64,000 bases of DNA from an uncultured Methylomirabilota bacterium (lineage in GTDB: Bacteria; Methylomirabilota; Methylomirabilia; Methylomirabilales; 2-02-FULL-66-22). Under the pieces are notes generated by a model. It was not told the origin of the DNA, made no database searches, and saw only the letters and a program-made list of their open reading frames with translations. The DNA lies in contig OY970067.1 of NCBI GenBank assembly GCA_963705305.1, positions 5,344,001-5,408,000 on the forward strand, written 5' to 3'. This document shows, piece by piece, positions 1 to 9,560 of the stretch. The translations under genes were made by a program, and so were the position numbers. Each line of letters starts with the position of its first letter. The first letter of the stretch is position 1.

Positions 1-155
1 ATCCCCAGCTGCGCCGGCGTGGCGGTTCCCCTGGAGGCTGCGGCCATCCTATGGCAGCGCTGACGCGGCCGCCGTCTGCCAGGCTCTCGACGCAGCGCGA
101 GAACCGGGGCATCTCACGGCGAAGTCCGCCACGACGACCCGCAGCTCCCTCAACC

Positions 156-503
156 CTAACTCGGCGGAATCCGCTCGAACATGTGGGCCAGCTCGCGGCG
201 GAGCTGCCGGAGTAATCCGGGAGGCGGCGGGGAGCAGCCGTACGGAAACACGCGAACGGTGAACCCACACGTGCGGCACCGCGCATAGGTGTAGGTCCCG
301 GGGACCGCCGCCGGTGGCCGGTCGAGTTCCTCCATGCTGGTGAGACAGCACCGGCTGGGCCGGGGCGGCGAGATGATGTAGGCGGGATAGCCATTCGCCG
401 GCGGCTTATGATCCGTGTACTCCACAACCGTGGACGGCGCGATCCGCGGGCGCCGGCCTCTCGGCTGCCTGCGCCGCGGATTCGAGCGGCGGTTCTGATG
501 CAT
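156..503 (-). CDS. small hypothetical protein with CC and CxxC motifs (possible Zn ribbon)
   Basis: 115-aa ORF containing SRCC...ARCRTCGF; co-oriented 10 nt downstream of 514..828. Confidence 0.55.
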   Translation of the reverse strand: MHQNRRSNPRRRQPRGRRPRIAPSTVVEYTDHKPPANGYPAYIISPPRPSRCCLTSMEELDRPPAAVPGTYTYARCRTCGFTVRVFPYGCSPPPPGLLRQLRRELAHMFERIPPS

Positions 504-513
504 GCGATCCCCC

Positions 514-828
514 TTACTCTAGACCCAGCTCCGCTTCGAGGGGCCACCGGGCCTGTGGCACAACCTGATCTGTCACCTGCGGCGGCCTAGCGGTTCCGGC
601 CGGCCTTCCGGGAGGCTGCTCGAACCACGGGCAGGCTGGGAAGCGTTCAGTCGTACAGTAGGTTCGATACTCACCCACCGTGGGGAGCATCAGCAGGCGG
701 GGGGCACGGCATATGTGGAGGATGCGGTCCGAGCCCGGCACCGGGCTCGCATGGAGGAACGGGCACCGCGCGCGCCCGTCCTGCGGAGCTTCCCGTCTCA
801 TACGCTCCAGGGCTTGCACGTTAGACAT
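514..828 (-). CDS. small Cys-rich hypothetical protein
   Basis: 104-aa ORF with CPFL..IC..YC..CPWF; purine-rich RBS-like sequence upstream of ATG. Confidence 0.6.
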   Translation of the reverse strand: MSNVQALERMRREAPQDGRARCPFLHASPVPGSDRILHICRAPRLLMLPTVGEYRTYCTTERFPACPWFEQPPGRPAGTARPPQVTDQVVPQARWPLEAELGLE

Positions 829-968
829 CGACTTGAATCCTTTCCCCCTTCCCTCCGCCGAGAGACACCTTCCGGGGCGGGTGGGAGCGCGTCACAGCGC
901 GACCTGGAAAGGCCGTCTCACTTGCCTGGCCACGCAGCCCGCCAGTGAGGCATACCTGGCGGGACTCG

Positions 969-1361
969 TCAGCAGTACAACTGAGGGGGATCGTTCGTGG
1001 GCGAAAGCGTGGACCGTGACGTCCGGGCTACATGGCTGCGCGGAAGGACCGCGCAAGGCCGAATGTCATGGGGGGCCGGCGCGAGGCAGATCACACGAAA
1101 GGCTGGGATGATAGCAGGCGTGAGGGCTTCCGAGTCTGCTGGATGCCAGGGGGAGCCCGGAATCTGTAGGCTGTGCCGGGCGTCGGCATCCGCCTCGCTC
1201 GCAGCCCACTGCTGGGCTATGGGGTTTCCCAGGATGCGATTGCGCAGGTCCGAGCCATCGACGTTGAGAACATTGAAGAGGATATAGGCGGCGACCAGCG
1301 CCAGGCCGGCAAATACCAACCCCCACCAGCCCCAGGACCGTCTCCCCATCCGCCTCGACAT
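969..1361 (-). CDS. hypothetical membrane-anchored protein
   Basis: From ATG 1361: basic N-terminus, TM helix WWGLVFAGLALVAAYILF, then NVLNVDGSDL. Confidence 0.5.
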   Translation of the reverse strand: MSRRMGRRSWGWWGLVFAGLALVAAYILFNVLNVDGSDLRNRILGNPIAQQWAASEADADARHSLQIPGSPWHPADSEALTPAIIPAFRVICLAPAPHDIRPCAVLPRSHVARTSRSTLSPTNDPPQLYC

Positions 1362-1812
1362 CCCCGCATCCCTTCGATCGATGCTCCCTGCATCAAGGCA
1401 ATTTAGGCACAGCGCGAAATCTGCCACGGGCCCCTTCCGGGTCTGATCCGGCTGCTGAGCTCGGACCGGAGGAGCCGCACCCCTCCGGGCGTCGGGTGCG
1501 CCTCCTGCGGGGCCCCTCTTTCTTACCAGTACGCGCGCAGGCCCCCTGCCGTTTCGCGGCGGCGCCCGGGATTTGCCCCTGGGAACATAAAGAGCGCGCA
1601 AACCTGAGCGCGCCAGCGGCGGACGATCGCGGAGGGCGCCGAGGCACCGGGCGGATACGGGCGTCCCGCGCCGGTGGGCGGGGGAACGCGGTTATCCAGA
1701 TGCCATGTCCCTTGAATCCCCGGAGTTGCCAACCTCTCGCGCCGCGAGGCGACCAAGCGGCCCGGGACGCCCGGCAGGATGTTCGCTCTCTTATCAATGC
1801 AGCCGATCCCCC

Positions 1813-2805
1813 TCACGGTGCCGCGGACAGGAATCGGTTGGTGAAGACCTCGGCCGCCGGGACGAGTCGCTTGGTGAGGCCGGCTTCGAACATCCAGCGG
1901 GTGAGGCCTTCCCACGCGGAGGGCCGGTTGAAGCCGAAACGGTGAACCCCGGCGGTCAGGAGCGGCATCTCCAGCCGCAGGCTCTCGAGCTGGAGGCTGC
2001 GATCGAGGGTGGGATGCCCTCCCACCAGGATGTCGATGGCCGCGGCCGGATTTTTCAGGGTCCACTCGGCCCCCTCCGTTGCGGCAACCAGGAACCGCCG
2101 GAGCAATTCCGGGTTCTCCCGGATGACCTGCTCCGAGCTGATGATGACAAGCTCCGGGTGATCCGGGATGCCGATGTCCTCCAGGTGCCAGGCGTGCACG
2201 GGGTGCCCCTCCCGCTCCAGGATCAATTTCTCGTAGACCCAGTAACCGCCGATGAGGGCGTCAACCCGGCCCTGCGCCAGGGAGTCCACGAGGTCGTACC
2301 CAACGTTCACCAGCTGCACCGAGGCGGGGTCCACGCCGTAGCGCTTGAAGATGGTCCGGAGGTAGGCCAGGGCGCTGGCCGTGCCGTTGTACCCCACGCG
2401 CTTGCCGGCCAGCTTCTCCAGGGTATCGATGCCCGATGTCCGGAGTGTCATCACAGAGTCCAGGGGGTGCTGGACCACTGAGGCGATGGCCACCACCGGC
2501 CGCCCCTGATCACGAGCGAGGACGACATCGGTGGAGTAGCTGATGGCCAGCGGATATCTCCCTGCCGCGACGAGGTCGATGGGATCTTCCGGGTGTTTCG
2601 GCACATCCAAGTTGACCGCAAGTCCTTGCCTGGCGAAATACCCCTGCGCCTGGGCCACGAACAGATAGGCCTGCGAATGGTTGGGGGTCCAGTCCAGCAT
2701 GAATGGCACGACTTCGGCGCCGAGGGCCGGGGCCGGGCCGACCCCGACGGCCAGGACTGCGAGGACCCACAGGAACCACTTCCTCTCGGCTGAAAGACTC
2801 CTCAT
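1813..2805 (-). CDS. NMT1/THI5 (ThiY/SsuA-like) ABC transporter substrate-binding protein
   Basis: Signal peptide; LDWTPN, GYFARQGL, LAGKRVGY and GRVDA motifs. Confidence 0.9.
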   Translation of the reverse strand: MRSLSAERKWFLWVLAVLAVGVGPAPALGAEVVPFMLDWTPNHSQAYLFVAQAQGYFARQGLAVNLDVPKHPEDPIDLVAAGRYPLAISYSTDVVLARDQGRPVVAIASVVQHPLDSVMTLRTSGIDTLEKLAGKRVGYNGTASALAYLRTIFKRYGVDPASVQLVNVGYDLVDSLAQGRVDALIGGYWVYEKLILEREGHPVHAWHLEDIGIPDHPELVIISSEQVIRENPELLRRFLVAATEGAEWTLKNPAAAIDILVGGHPTLDRSLQLESLRLEMPLLTAGVHRFGFNRPSAWEGLTRWMFEAGLTKRLVPAAEVFTNRFLSAAP

Positions 2806-2993
2806 GGCATGCCTCTCTTCTCCGCCGGTGAAGCGAATATGCGCCCCCGCACGGCCGCGCGAGGAGCGGACTCCGGGCCGCGCCGCATTTTGCCTGGAGC
2901 GGAATGCTACCAGAATAGGATGAGGAGTGCCAGTCTCCGCGCCGGCGCGGAATCCTGGGGGATCCGACCGGCGGGATACGACGGCCTGATGGT

Positions 2994-3446
2994 CTATTCG
3001 GTCCGGTCTGTCTCGGCGAGCTCCAATCCAATTTCTGCCGGGTCCCGCTGCTCGATTTCCACGAGCCGCCTTAAAACCCTCGAGGTGGCCTCTTCCACGA
3101 CGGCCTCCGGAGCAGCCCGCCTTAGCTCAGCCAGCTTCGCCCAGATATCGTCCTCATCCCGGGGCTCCAGGAGTCGGATGCGCGACGTCCAGTCTGGAGC
3201 CACCGTAATTTCGTACGGAAGACCCCCCTGCGCGGCTTCTACTCGCAGGGAGTCCAACTCGAATTGAAAGACGATGGAAGTTCGGTCTTCGACCCACCTG
3301 TACGGATGATCTTCTGGTCCGATCCACCCGGCGACGTGGGCCCAGGCTTGCTCCTCATTCATCCCGGCATCGAGGATCTTAATTGAGATCGTTTGTTCAC
3401 TCCCGCCTACCGGGACGGTCGACTTATTCCTCTTTCCCGCTGCCAT
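2994..3446 (-). CDS. hypothetical protein (150 aa)
   Basis: Globular, acidic composition; GGAG RBS upstream; no family recognised. Confidence 0.6.
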   Translation of the reverse strand: MAAGKRNKSTVPVGGSEQTISIKILDAGMNEEQAWAHVAGWIGPEDHPYRWVEDRTSIVFQFELDSLRVEAAQGGLPYEITVAPDWTSRIRLLEPRDEDDIWAKLAELRRAAPEAVVEEATSRVLRRLVEIEQRDPAEIGLELAETDRTE

Positions 3447-3668
3447 CGAGCCCTCCTCTCCCTCCTGCCGGCTTCGGCCTCCCCCGCTCGCTCTGTCAAG
3501 GCTTCGCCTCTCCAGGAAGCTCCCGGTCCCGAGCGGCCCGAAACCACGCTCCTGCCTTCGAGCTGCCTCACCGGCCCCCCTTGGCGAAGAACGCTGGTCA
3601 TGGGGCCATAGGAAATCTCCAGCATCGTCAGACGGTTTCGCTGCAGCCTGCGCTTCCCAGCGCTGGAT

Positions 3669-3702
3669 TGGTTGCGGGAGCTGGATTCGAACTAGCGATC
3701 TT
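3669..3702 (-). other. 3' fragment of initiator tRNA-Met (att-site-like scar)
   Basis: Minus strand AAGATCGCTAGTTCGAATCCAGCTCCCGCAACCA is a T-arm, acceptor 3' strand and CCA of tRNA-fMet type; 5' half absent. Confidence 0.7.
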
Positions 3703-3743
3703 TTGTCGACGTTCCCTTCGCAAGGCGCCTGCCGCTGACGGGT

Positions 3744-4892
3744 TCATGAACTACGCCGGCGCACCTCGCAGTCGGCCGGGAACGAGCTGACCGCCGAGGC
3801 GACGTAGCGCATCTCTTCTTCCGTCAGCTCTGGGTAGAGCGGCAGCGACAGCACCTCTTGGCAGGCCCGCTCCGCCTGCGGGAAGTCTCCCGCCGTGTAG
3901 CCCAGGTGGCGGTAGGCCTTCTGGAAATGAACGGGCATGGGGTAATGGATGCTGGTCCCGATCCCACTGTCCTGAAGGTGCTTCTGGAGGGCGTCACGCC
4001 GGGCCGACCGGACCACGTACAGGTGGTAGCTGTGCCGGGCGGGCGGTCTCTCCGCGGGCGGCGCCACCGGCGCCTGGGCCAAAATCTCATCATAGAGCCG
4101 GGCCTGTTGGCGGCGAGTGGCAACCCACTCCTCCAGATGCTTCAGCTTGGCTCGCAAGATGGCCGCGTGGATTTCATCCAGGCGGCTGTTGAACCCCTCG
4201 ATGCAATTCTGATACTTCGCCTCCTCCCCGTAGTTACGGAGCATGCGCACCCGCTCGGCCACCTCGCCATCGTCCGTCACCACCATGCCGGCGTCCCCGT
4301 AAGCACCGAGGTTTTTGGTGGGGTAAAAGCTGAAGCATCCTGCGTCACCCAGGCAGCCGGCTTTCCGGCCGGCGTACTCGGCGCCGTGGGCCTGGGCGGC
4401 ATCCTCGATCACCTTCAGGCCGTACTCCCGCGACACCTCGAGGATGGGGCGCATGTCGGCTGGAAGGCCGTACAGGTGGACGGCGATGACCGCCCTGGTG
4501 CGAAACGGCGGTCGCTGTGCTTTCAGGTAGGCCCGGAGCTTCTCGGGGTCCAGCGTGAACGTGTCGGGATCGATGTCGACGAAGACGGGCCGGGCGTTGG
4601 CGGCGACGATAGCACAGACCGTGGGAACCGCCGTGTTGGGGGCGGTGATGACCGCGTCCCCCGCCCGGACCCCACAGGCGCGCAGCGCCAGGTGCAGCGC
4701 GTCGGTCCCCGAGGCCACTCCCACACCCTCGCGGACCCCGCAGGATGCGGCGAACTCCCGCTCGAATCCGGCCACCTCGTCGCCCAGGACGTACCAGCCG
4801 CTGGCCAGCGTCCGCGCGACCGCGAGGTGGATCTCGTCGCGAATCTGGCGATATTGCCGGGTGAGGTCCAGAAAAGGTACCTGCATCGCCAT
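3744..4892 (-). CDS. DegT/DnrJ/EryC1/StrS family PLP-dependent sugar aminotransferase
   Basis: VASGTDAL, VIEDAAQAHGA, SFYPTKNLG (PLP lysine), GFNSRLDE, LSLPLYP. Confidence 0.95.
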   Translation of the reverse strand: MAMQVPFLDLTRQYRQIRDEIHLAVARTLASGWYVLGDEVAGFEREFAASCGVREGVGVASGTDALHLALRACGVRAGDAVITAPNTAVPTVCAIVAANARPVFVDIDPDTFTLDPEKLRAYLKAQRPPFRTRAVIAVHLYGLPADMRPILEVSREYGLKVIEDAAQAHGAEYAGRKAGCLGDAGCFSFYPTKNLGAYGDAGMVVTDDGEVAERVRMLRNYGEEAKYQNCIEGFNSRLDEIHAAILRAKLKHLEEWVATRRQQARLYDEILAQAPVAPPAERPPARHSYHLYVVRSARRDALQKHLQDSGIGTSIHYPMPVHFQKAYRHLGYTAGDFPQAERACQEVLSLPLYPELTEEEMRYVASAVSSFPADCEVRRRSS

Positions 4893-4928
4893 CGGGCGCG
4901 ATCCTTCGCGGAGCAAGAGGACCCCTGG

Positions 4929-5930
4929 TCACCAATAGTGCGCCTTGTGTCGCCGGTAATAGGCCACGGTCTGCCGGATGCCGTCCTCCAGGGAGGTCGT
5001 CGGCCGCCAGCCCACCACCCGGCCGATCTTCCGGATGTCGGAGCAGAAGTCGCCGGGCTCTTGGGCCGCGCGCTCCGGCGAGAACGGCGCGAACTCCCAG
5101 CGGCCGCTGCCAGCCACGCGGACCACTGTCTCCGCCAGCTCCCGAAAGTTGGAGGCGCGGTTGTTGCCCACATTGAAGACCTGTCCGTAGGCAGCCTCGG
5201 TCGCCGCGCAACGCAGCATGGCGTCCACCGCATCCTGCACGTAGATGAAGTCGCGCAGGAGCGAGCCGTCGCCAAACACCGGAATCGTTTGGCCGTCCAC
5301 GGCCAGCCGGATGAACCAGTTGGCCACCCCGAAACGGCTGTGCTTCATCTGGGCGCGCTCCCCATAAATGTTGGTCAGGCGGAGCGTCACCGACGGCACG
5401 CCGTGGTTGTCGTGGTAGATCTGGAAGAGCTGCTGGGCCGTGAGGCTGGAGAGCTCGTAGATCCCTCGCGGGTGCAGCGGCTGATCCTCCCCCACTGGCA
5501 GCATGGCTGCGGGCCCGTATTCTCCGCGAGTGCCGCTGTATACCAGCCGGGCCCCCGCGTTGGCACGCCGGCACGTCTCCAGCAGGATCGCCGAGCCTTT
5601 GATGTTGATATCGATGTCGGGGAAAGGGTTGGTCAGGCTGAGGACGTGGTCGTTCTGGCCCGCGAGGTGAAAGATATAATCCTTGCCGCGGACGAGGTGC
5701 TTCAAGCTGCCCTCGTCCCGCACGTCGCTGAAGTTGATCGTCACCCGGTCCTGGATAGGCGCGATGTTGAACAGGTTGCCGCCGTGGTCGTCGAGCATGG
5801 CGTCGAGCAGCGTCACCCGGGCGCCTAACTCCACGAGCCTGATGGCAAGGTTGCTGCCCAGGAAGCCCAAGCCACCTGTGATCAGGACCTGCTTGCCGCG
5901 GAAGCAATCGAGGCCGTTCAGCTCAGGCAT
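4929..5930 (-). CDS. NAD-dependent epimerase/dehydratase (extended SDR)
   Basis: ITGGLGFLG Rossmann motif, FHLAGQ, LRLTNIYG, RDFIYV; catalytic motif reads YELSS. Confidence 0.9.
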   Translation of the reverse strand: MPELNGLDCFRGKQVLITGGLGFLGSNLAIRLVELGARVTLLDAMLDDHGGNLFNIAPIQDRVTINFSDVRDEGSLKHLVRGKDYIFHLAGQNDHVLSLTNPFPDIDINIKGSAILLETCRRANAGARLVYSGTRGEYGPAAMLPVGEDQPLHPRGIYELSSLTAQQLFQIYHDNHGVPSVTLRLTNIYGERAQMKHSRFGVANWFIRLAVDGQTIPVFGDGSLLRDFIYVQDAVDAMLRCAATEAAYGQVFNVGNNRASNFRELAETVVRVAGSGRWEFAPFSPERAAQEPGDFCSDIRKIGRVVGWRPTTSLEDGIRQTVAYYRRHKAHYW

Positions 5931-6921
5931 GGCCCGCCTGCAACTCATCGGCCGGGGCCGCGACCGCGACCGTCACAGGAGCATCCGTGAAGGGATACGG
6001 GGGTGTCTCCACGACCTCTCGGACGACAAACTGCGGGGTCTGGTTTTCGGTCAGGTACAGCCGGCCGAGATATTCCCCCAGTAACCCCAGCATCACCAAT
6101 TGGACGCCCGAGAACAGCAAGATGGCGACCAGCACGGAGGCCCATCCGACGGGCACGTCCGGACGCGTGAGCCTCTCGATAACCACCTGCACGGCCAGCA
6201 GCAGGCCGAGCACGCTCCAGGCCAGGCCCAGCAGGGTGCTTATCCTAAGCGGCATGACCGAGAAGTTCACGAACATGTTGAGCCACAGCCGCAGCAGCTT
6301 GCGCGACGTGTAGTTGGACCGGCCCTCCCTCCGTGGCTGGTGCTGGACCTGGATCGTGCCGATGTTCCGGGTGCAGCGCAGGGCGATGCCGTCGATGTAG
6401 GGATACGGCCCGCGGTACTTGAGGATCTCGCCCACGATGAAGCGGCTGAGGCACTTGAAGCTCGACAGATAGAGATCCGAGGGCTTTCCCAGCAAAACGG
6501 TGGCCATGCGGTCGTTCAACCGGCTGCCCAGGTTCCGGGCCCAGTGGTGGTGCTTGCGGGGGGAACGGGTGTAGACGATGTCGTACCCGTGCGCGCAGGC
6601 GTGGTCGATCATGCGAGGCACTTCCTCCGGAGGGTTCTGGAAGTCGTCATCCATGATCACCACGTAGTCGCCGCGCGCCTGGTGGAGCCCCGCCATCACG
6701 GCGTTGTGCTCCCCGAAGTTCCTGGCGAGCCTCACGTAGGTGACCGTCCCCGCGTAGCCGGCGCTCAGGGCGCGGCATGCCGCGTCGCTCTCGTCGACGC
6801 TGCCGTCGTTGACGAGCACGATCTGCAGCCCGTCCCCCCGCAGAGCGGCGACGAGCCGCGCCACCAGCGGGCCGATGGTCCCGGCGCTGTTGTAGACCGG
6901 AATGACGATTGAGATCCGCAT
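5923..6921 (-). CDS. GT2 polyprenyl-phosphate glycosyltransferase (ArnC/GtrB-like)
   Basis: ISIVIPVYN, VNDGSVD, RNFGEH, MDDDFQNPPE; two C-terminal TM helices. Confidence 0.92.
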   Translation of the reverse strand: MRISIVIPVYNSAGTIGPLVARLVAALRGDGLQIVLVNDGSVDESDAACRALSAGYAGTVTYVRLARNFGEHNAVMAGLHQARGDYVVIMDDDFQNPPEEVPRMIDHACAHGYDIVYTRSPRKHHHWARNLGSRLNDRMATVLLGKPSDLYLSSFKCLSRFIVGEILKYRGPYPYIDGIALRCTRNIGTIQVQHQPRREGRSNYTSRKLLRLWLNMFVNFSVMPLRISTLLGLAWSVLGLLLAVQVVIERLTRPDVPVGWASVLVAILLFSGVQLVMLGLLGEYLGRLYLTENQTPQFVVREVVETPPYPFTDAPVTVAVAAPADELQAGHA

Positions 6922-6973
6922 GCTCGAACCTCTTCTGCGGTCCTCCCGGCAGGGGGTGCCGCTGTCCCGCCGG

Positions 6974-9172
6974 TCATTCCGATGGGGCGGGAACCACGCC
7001 TCCCATCGGCCGGAGGTCATAGAGCTGCGAGTTGTTCTCCCTGGCGCCGAAGCCGCGGCCGAACGGCCTGCCGGGCGCAGTCGGGTCCGGGGGGAGGGCC
7101 GCCCGGTTGGGGGCGCCGGCGTCGACCACCGGAGGGCTCGAGCGCCACAGCGACGGATCCACGAGCGTGCCGTTTGCACGGACCCACTCCACAACGGGTC
7201 TTGCCAGCGCCCCGGCGGCCGGCCGTTGACCGAAACGGGAGACGTTGGGCACCATCACGAACCGGACTTGCCTGTCCTCGACCATCCGGGCCAGCCGTTC
7301 CGGGGTGAGAATCGGGTCCGTCCCCATGAAGCCGCCCATCGCCATGACCGCCTGGCCGGTCTGGGTGATGATCGGCGCCGCCAGCTGGGCATTCACGGCC
7401 GCCAGCAGGTAGCGCTCGCCGTGGCGGTTGGCCTCCAGGAAGCCCACCAGTTTCCGGGTGGTCGCGAGCGCCCCGAATCCATTCCGAGGAGCCATGCCGA
7501 AAGTGTCGCCCCCCGCCGCCGGCGGGGACAGGTCGGCCGACAGGCGCATGGCACTGGCCGGGGCGAGCGCGCTGGTCATCGCCCACGCCGCGGGGGTGAT
7601 GAAGAGTGCCGCCAGTCCCATCCCCAGCGCGCCGGCAGCGAGGTCGCGTGCCGGCCGGCCCAGCGATCCGCGGAGAGGTGGGGCGAGCAGTCCCGCCACA
7701 GCCACCAGGGTTCCGACGACGAGCGCAAGGTAGAGCCAGGTCCGCCAGTCGCCCGAATGGCCTCTCGCGGCGCTCAAGACGGCCGCCAGGCGACTGCGCG
7801 ATGCGTCGAGTTTCCAGCCCAGCGCGTCGGATTCAATGTAGGCCTCCCACGCAGCCGTCAGGAGCAGCGCGGCGGGAAGCACGAGGGCGCGCCAGCCCCT
7901 CCGGAGGTACCAGGCCCACAGGCTCGCCACGCCGATGCCGGCGAGCGCCGCGAGCGGCGGCGCCATGGTGGCCAGATAGTAGGCGCGAAAGATCCCGCCG
8001 GCGCAGCTATAGACGATGCCGTACGTGAGAAGCCAGCCCACCCACAGGAGCAGGTCCGCGTGTTCCTGGGCGAGCGGCCGGCGCCAGCCCACCCGGAGGG
8101 CGGCAATCCCCGCCCCGATCATCGCCAGCGGAAAGAGCCATCCCACCTGACCGGCCAGATGGCGGTCGGCGAGCCGGAGCGGCCCCGCGGGGACGCGATC
8201 TCCGAAACCCGGCCCCCCACGGCGGGGTCCTGGCCCCGCCGGAGACCCGGCACCGACACCTGGTCGGGTTCCGGCCGTTGCTGCCGGCGCGCCTCCCGGA
8301 GCGACTCCGGCGGCCCGGAGCGCTCTCCAGCGGGGGACGAATCGCTCGATGCCGTTATGGTCCACCGCCAGCTCGAGCATCGAGTTCGTCTTGCTGCTCC
8401 CGGCGAACGGTCGCCGGTCCGGCGGGGTCATGTCGTAGGGAAGCACCCACGACAAGGAGGCCACCGCCACGACAACAGCGGCCAGGGACAGGTCCATGAA
8501 CCGGCGCCGCCCTCCTCCCGGCGCGCCCAGGAAGTACACGAGGGCGAACGTCGGCAGGACGACGAAGGCAGCCAGCATCTTGACGTTGAATCCGATACCG
8601 ACCAGGGCCATGGACAAGAGCAGAAGGCCGCGGCTCCCGTCCTCGACCGCCCGCATCAGGGCCCAGGCCGCCAGCAGGAGGACCAGAACGAGGCAGCTAT
8701 CGGTGTTGTTGGAGCGGTCGATTACGACGCTCACCGGCGTGATGGCAAGGCAGAGGGCCGCGAGCCGGGCGGCGGAGGCCCCAAACCGGCGCCGGACCAG
8801 GTGGTAGACCAGCCACACCGCGGCCACGCCCTCCACGACCTGAGGCAGGAGTACGCTGAGCCCGTGGAAGCCGAAGAGTTTGGCGCTGGCAACCTGAACC
8901 CACAACGCCCCTGGGGGTTTGTCCACCGACACGAACCCGGCCGGATCGAAGGAGTTGTACAGGAAGTTGTGCCAGCTGCCCGTCATGCTCCGGACGCCAG
9001 CGGCATAATAGGCGAGACCATATCCGTTCTGCTCCAGCCGCCATAGCCGGAGTGCGGCGGCCAGCAGAACGATCCCCCCCAGCACGAGCCGGTCCCCGAA
9101 TCGCCGCCACGACGATGCGAGCACCCGGCCGACCTCCTGCTGTCCATTACTGGCCCCAGGCCTCGTTCCCAT
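6974..9172 (-). CDS. GT-C fold membrane glycosyltransferase (PMT-2/ArnT-like, YkcB type)
   Basis: YYAAGVRSM, VSVDKPPGALW, RSNNTD, GFNVKM, YYLATMAP, MGGFMGTDP; many TM helices. Confidence 0.88.
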   Translation of the reverse strand: MGTRPGASNGQQEVGRVLASSWRRFGDRLVLGGIVLLAAALRLWRLEQNGYGLAYYAAGVRSMTGSWHNFLYNSFDPAGFVSVDKPPGALWVQVASAKLFGFHGLSVLLPQVVEGVAAVWLVYHLVRRRFGASAARLAALCLAITPVSVVIDRSNNTDSCLVLVLLLAAWALMRAVEDGSRGLLLLSMALVGIGFNVKMLAAFVVLPTFALVYFLGAPGGGRRRFMDLSLAAVVVAVASLSWVLPYDMTPPDRRPFAGSSKTNSMLELAVDHNGIERFVPRWRALRAAGVAPGGAPAATAGTRPGVGAGSPAGPGPRRGGPGFGDRVPAGPLRLADRHLAGQVGWLFPLAMIGAGIAALRVGWRRPLAQEHADLLLWVGWLLTYGIVYSCAGGIFRAYYLATMAPPLAALAGIGVASLWAWYLRRGWRALVLPAALLLTAAWEAYIESDALGWKLDASRSRLAAVLSAARGHSGDWRTWLYLALVVGTLVAVAGLLAPPLRGSLGRPARDLAAGALGMGLAALFITPAAWAMTSALAPASAMRLSADLSPPAAGGDTFGMAPRNGFGALATTRKLVGFLEANRHGERYLLAAVNAQLAAPIITQTGQAVMAMGGFMGTDPILTPERLARMVEDRQVRFVMVPNVSRFGQRPAAGALARPVVEWVRANGTLVDPSLWRSSPPVVDAGAPNRAALPPDPTAPGRPFGRGFGARENNSQLYDLRPMGGVVPAPSE

Positions 9173-9560
9173 GCCCCGCCCTCGGGCGATCTACGTCTTG
9201 ACGTTGATCCCTGTTGGCCGGCACATGCCCTTGCCGCAGTCCACTCTCTCCTGCTGACCGCGCCGCGATCTGGGCTGGGGGCGTCTTACCCGCTTGGCCG
9301 GATTGGCTTCAAGACAACGGTGGATGCGTTCCCGAAGCGTATTCCCTGGACAGTCTGCGCGCCTCCGTCGGCAGCCCTGCCGGCCGCCCACCCGAGGCCC
9401 ACACGCGTACGAGGGGCTGTCGGATAGATCCCACCCGTCCTCGGCCGGCCAGGCTCACCATCCGAGGGGCTCCCCGGCCCCCGACGCCCCGAGTTCATTG
9501 AAGGGCGCCGGGAGCAGGGGGCAGTTTCCGCACGAATCCCCAGCGGCTTCCCAGGCCGCG

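Noticed and set aside
3383..3790. ORF as a serine recombinase because of LVAGAGFE
   Set aside because: The motif is just the antisense of the tRNA fragment; no recombinase motifs in the ORF.
3858..5828. Long antisense and alternate-frame ORFs (this one, and e.g. 6902-9046, 23899-26739, 48682-50901)
   Set aside because: Shadow ORFs of GC-rich genes; Arg/Pro/Gly-rich with no motifs, and they overlap well-supported genes.
9495..9560. Cobalamin-riboswitch-like GGGAA..CTGCCCC on the minus strand
   Set aside because: Lacks GGTG..AATCC and GCAACTGT core elements; no B12-related gene downstream.
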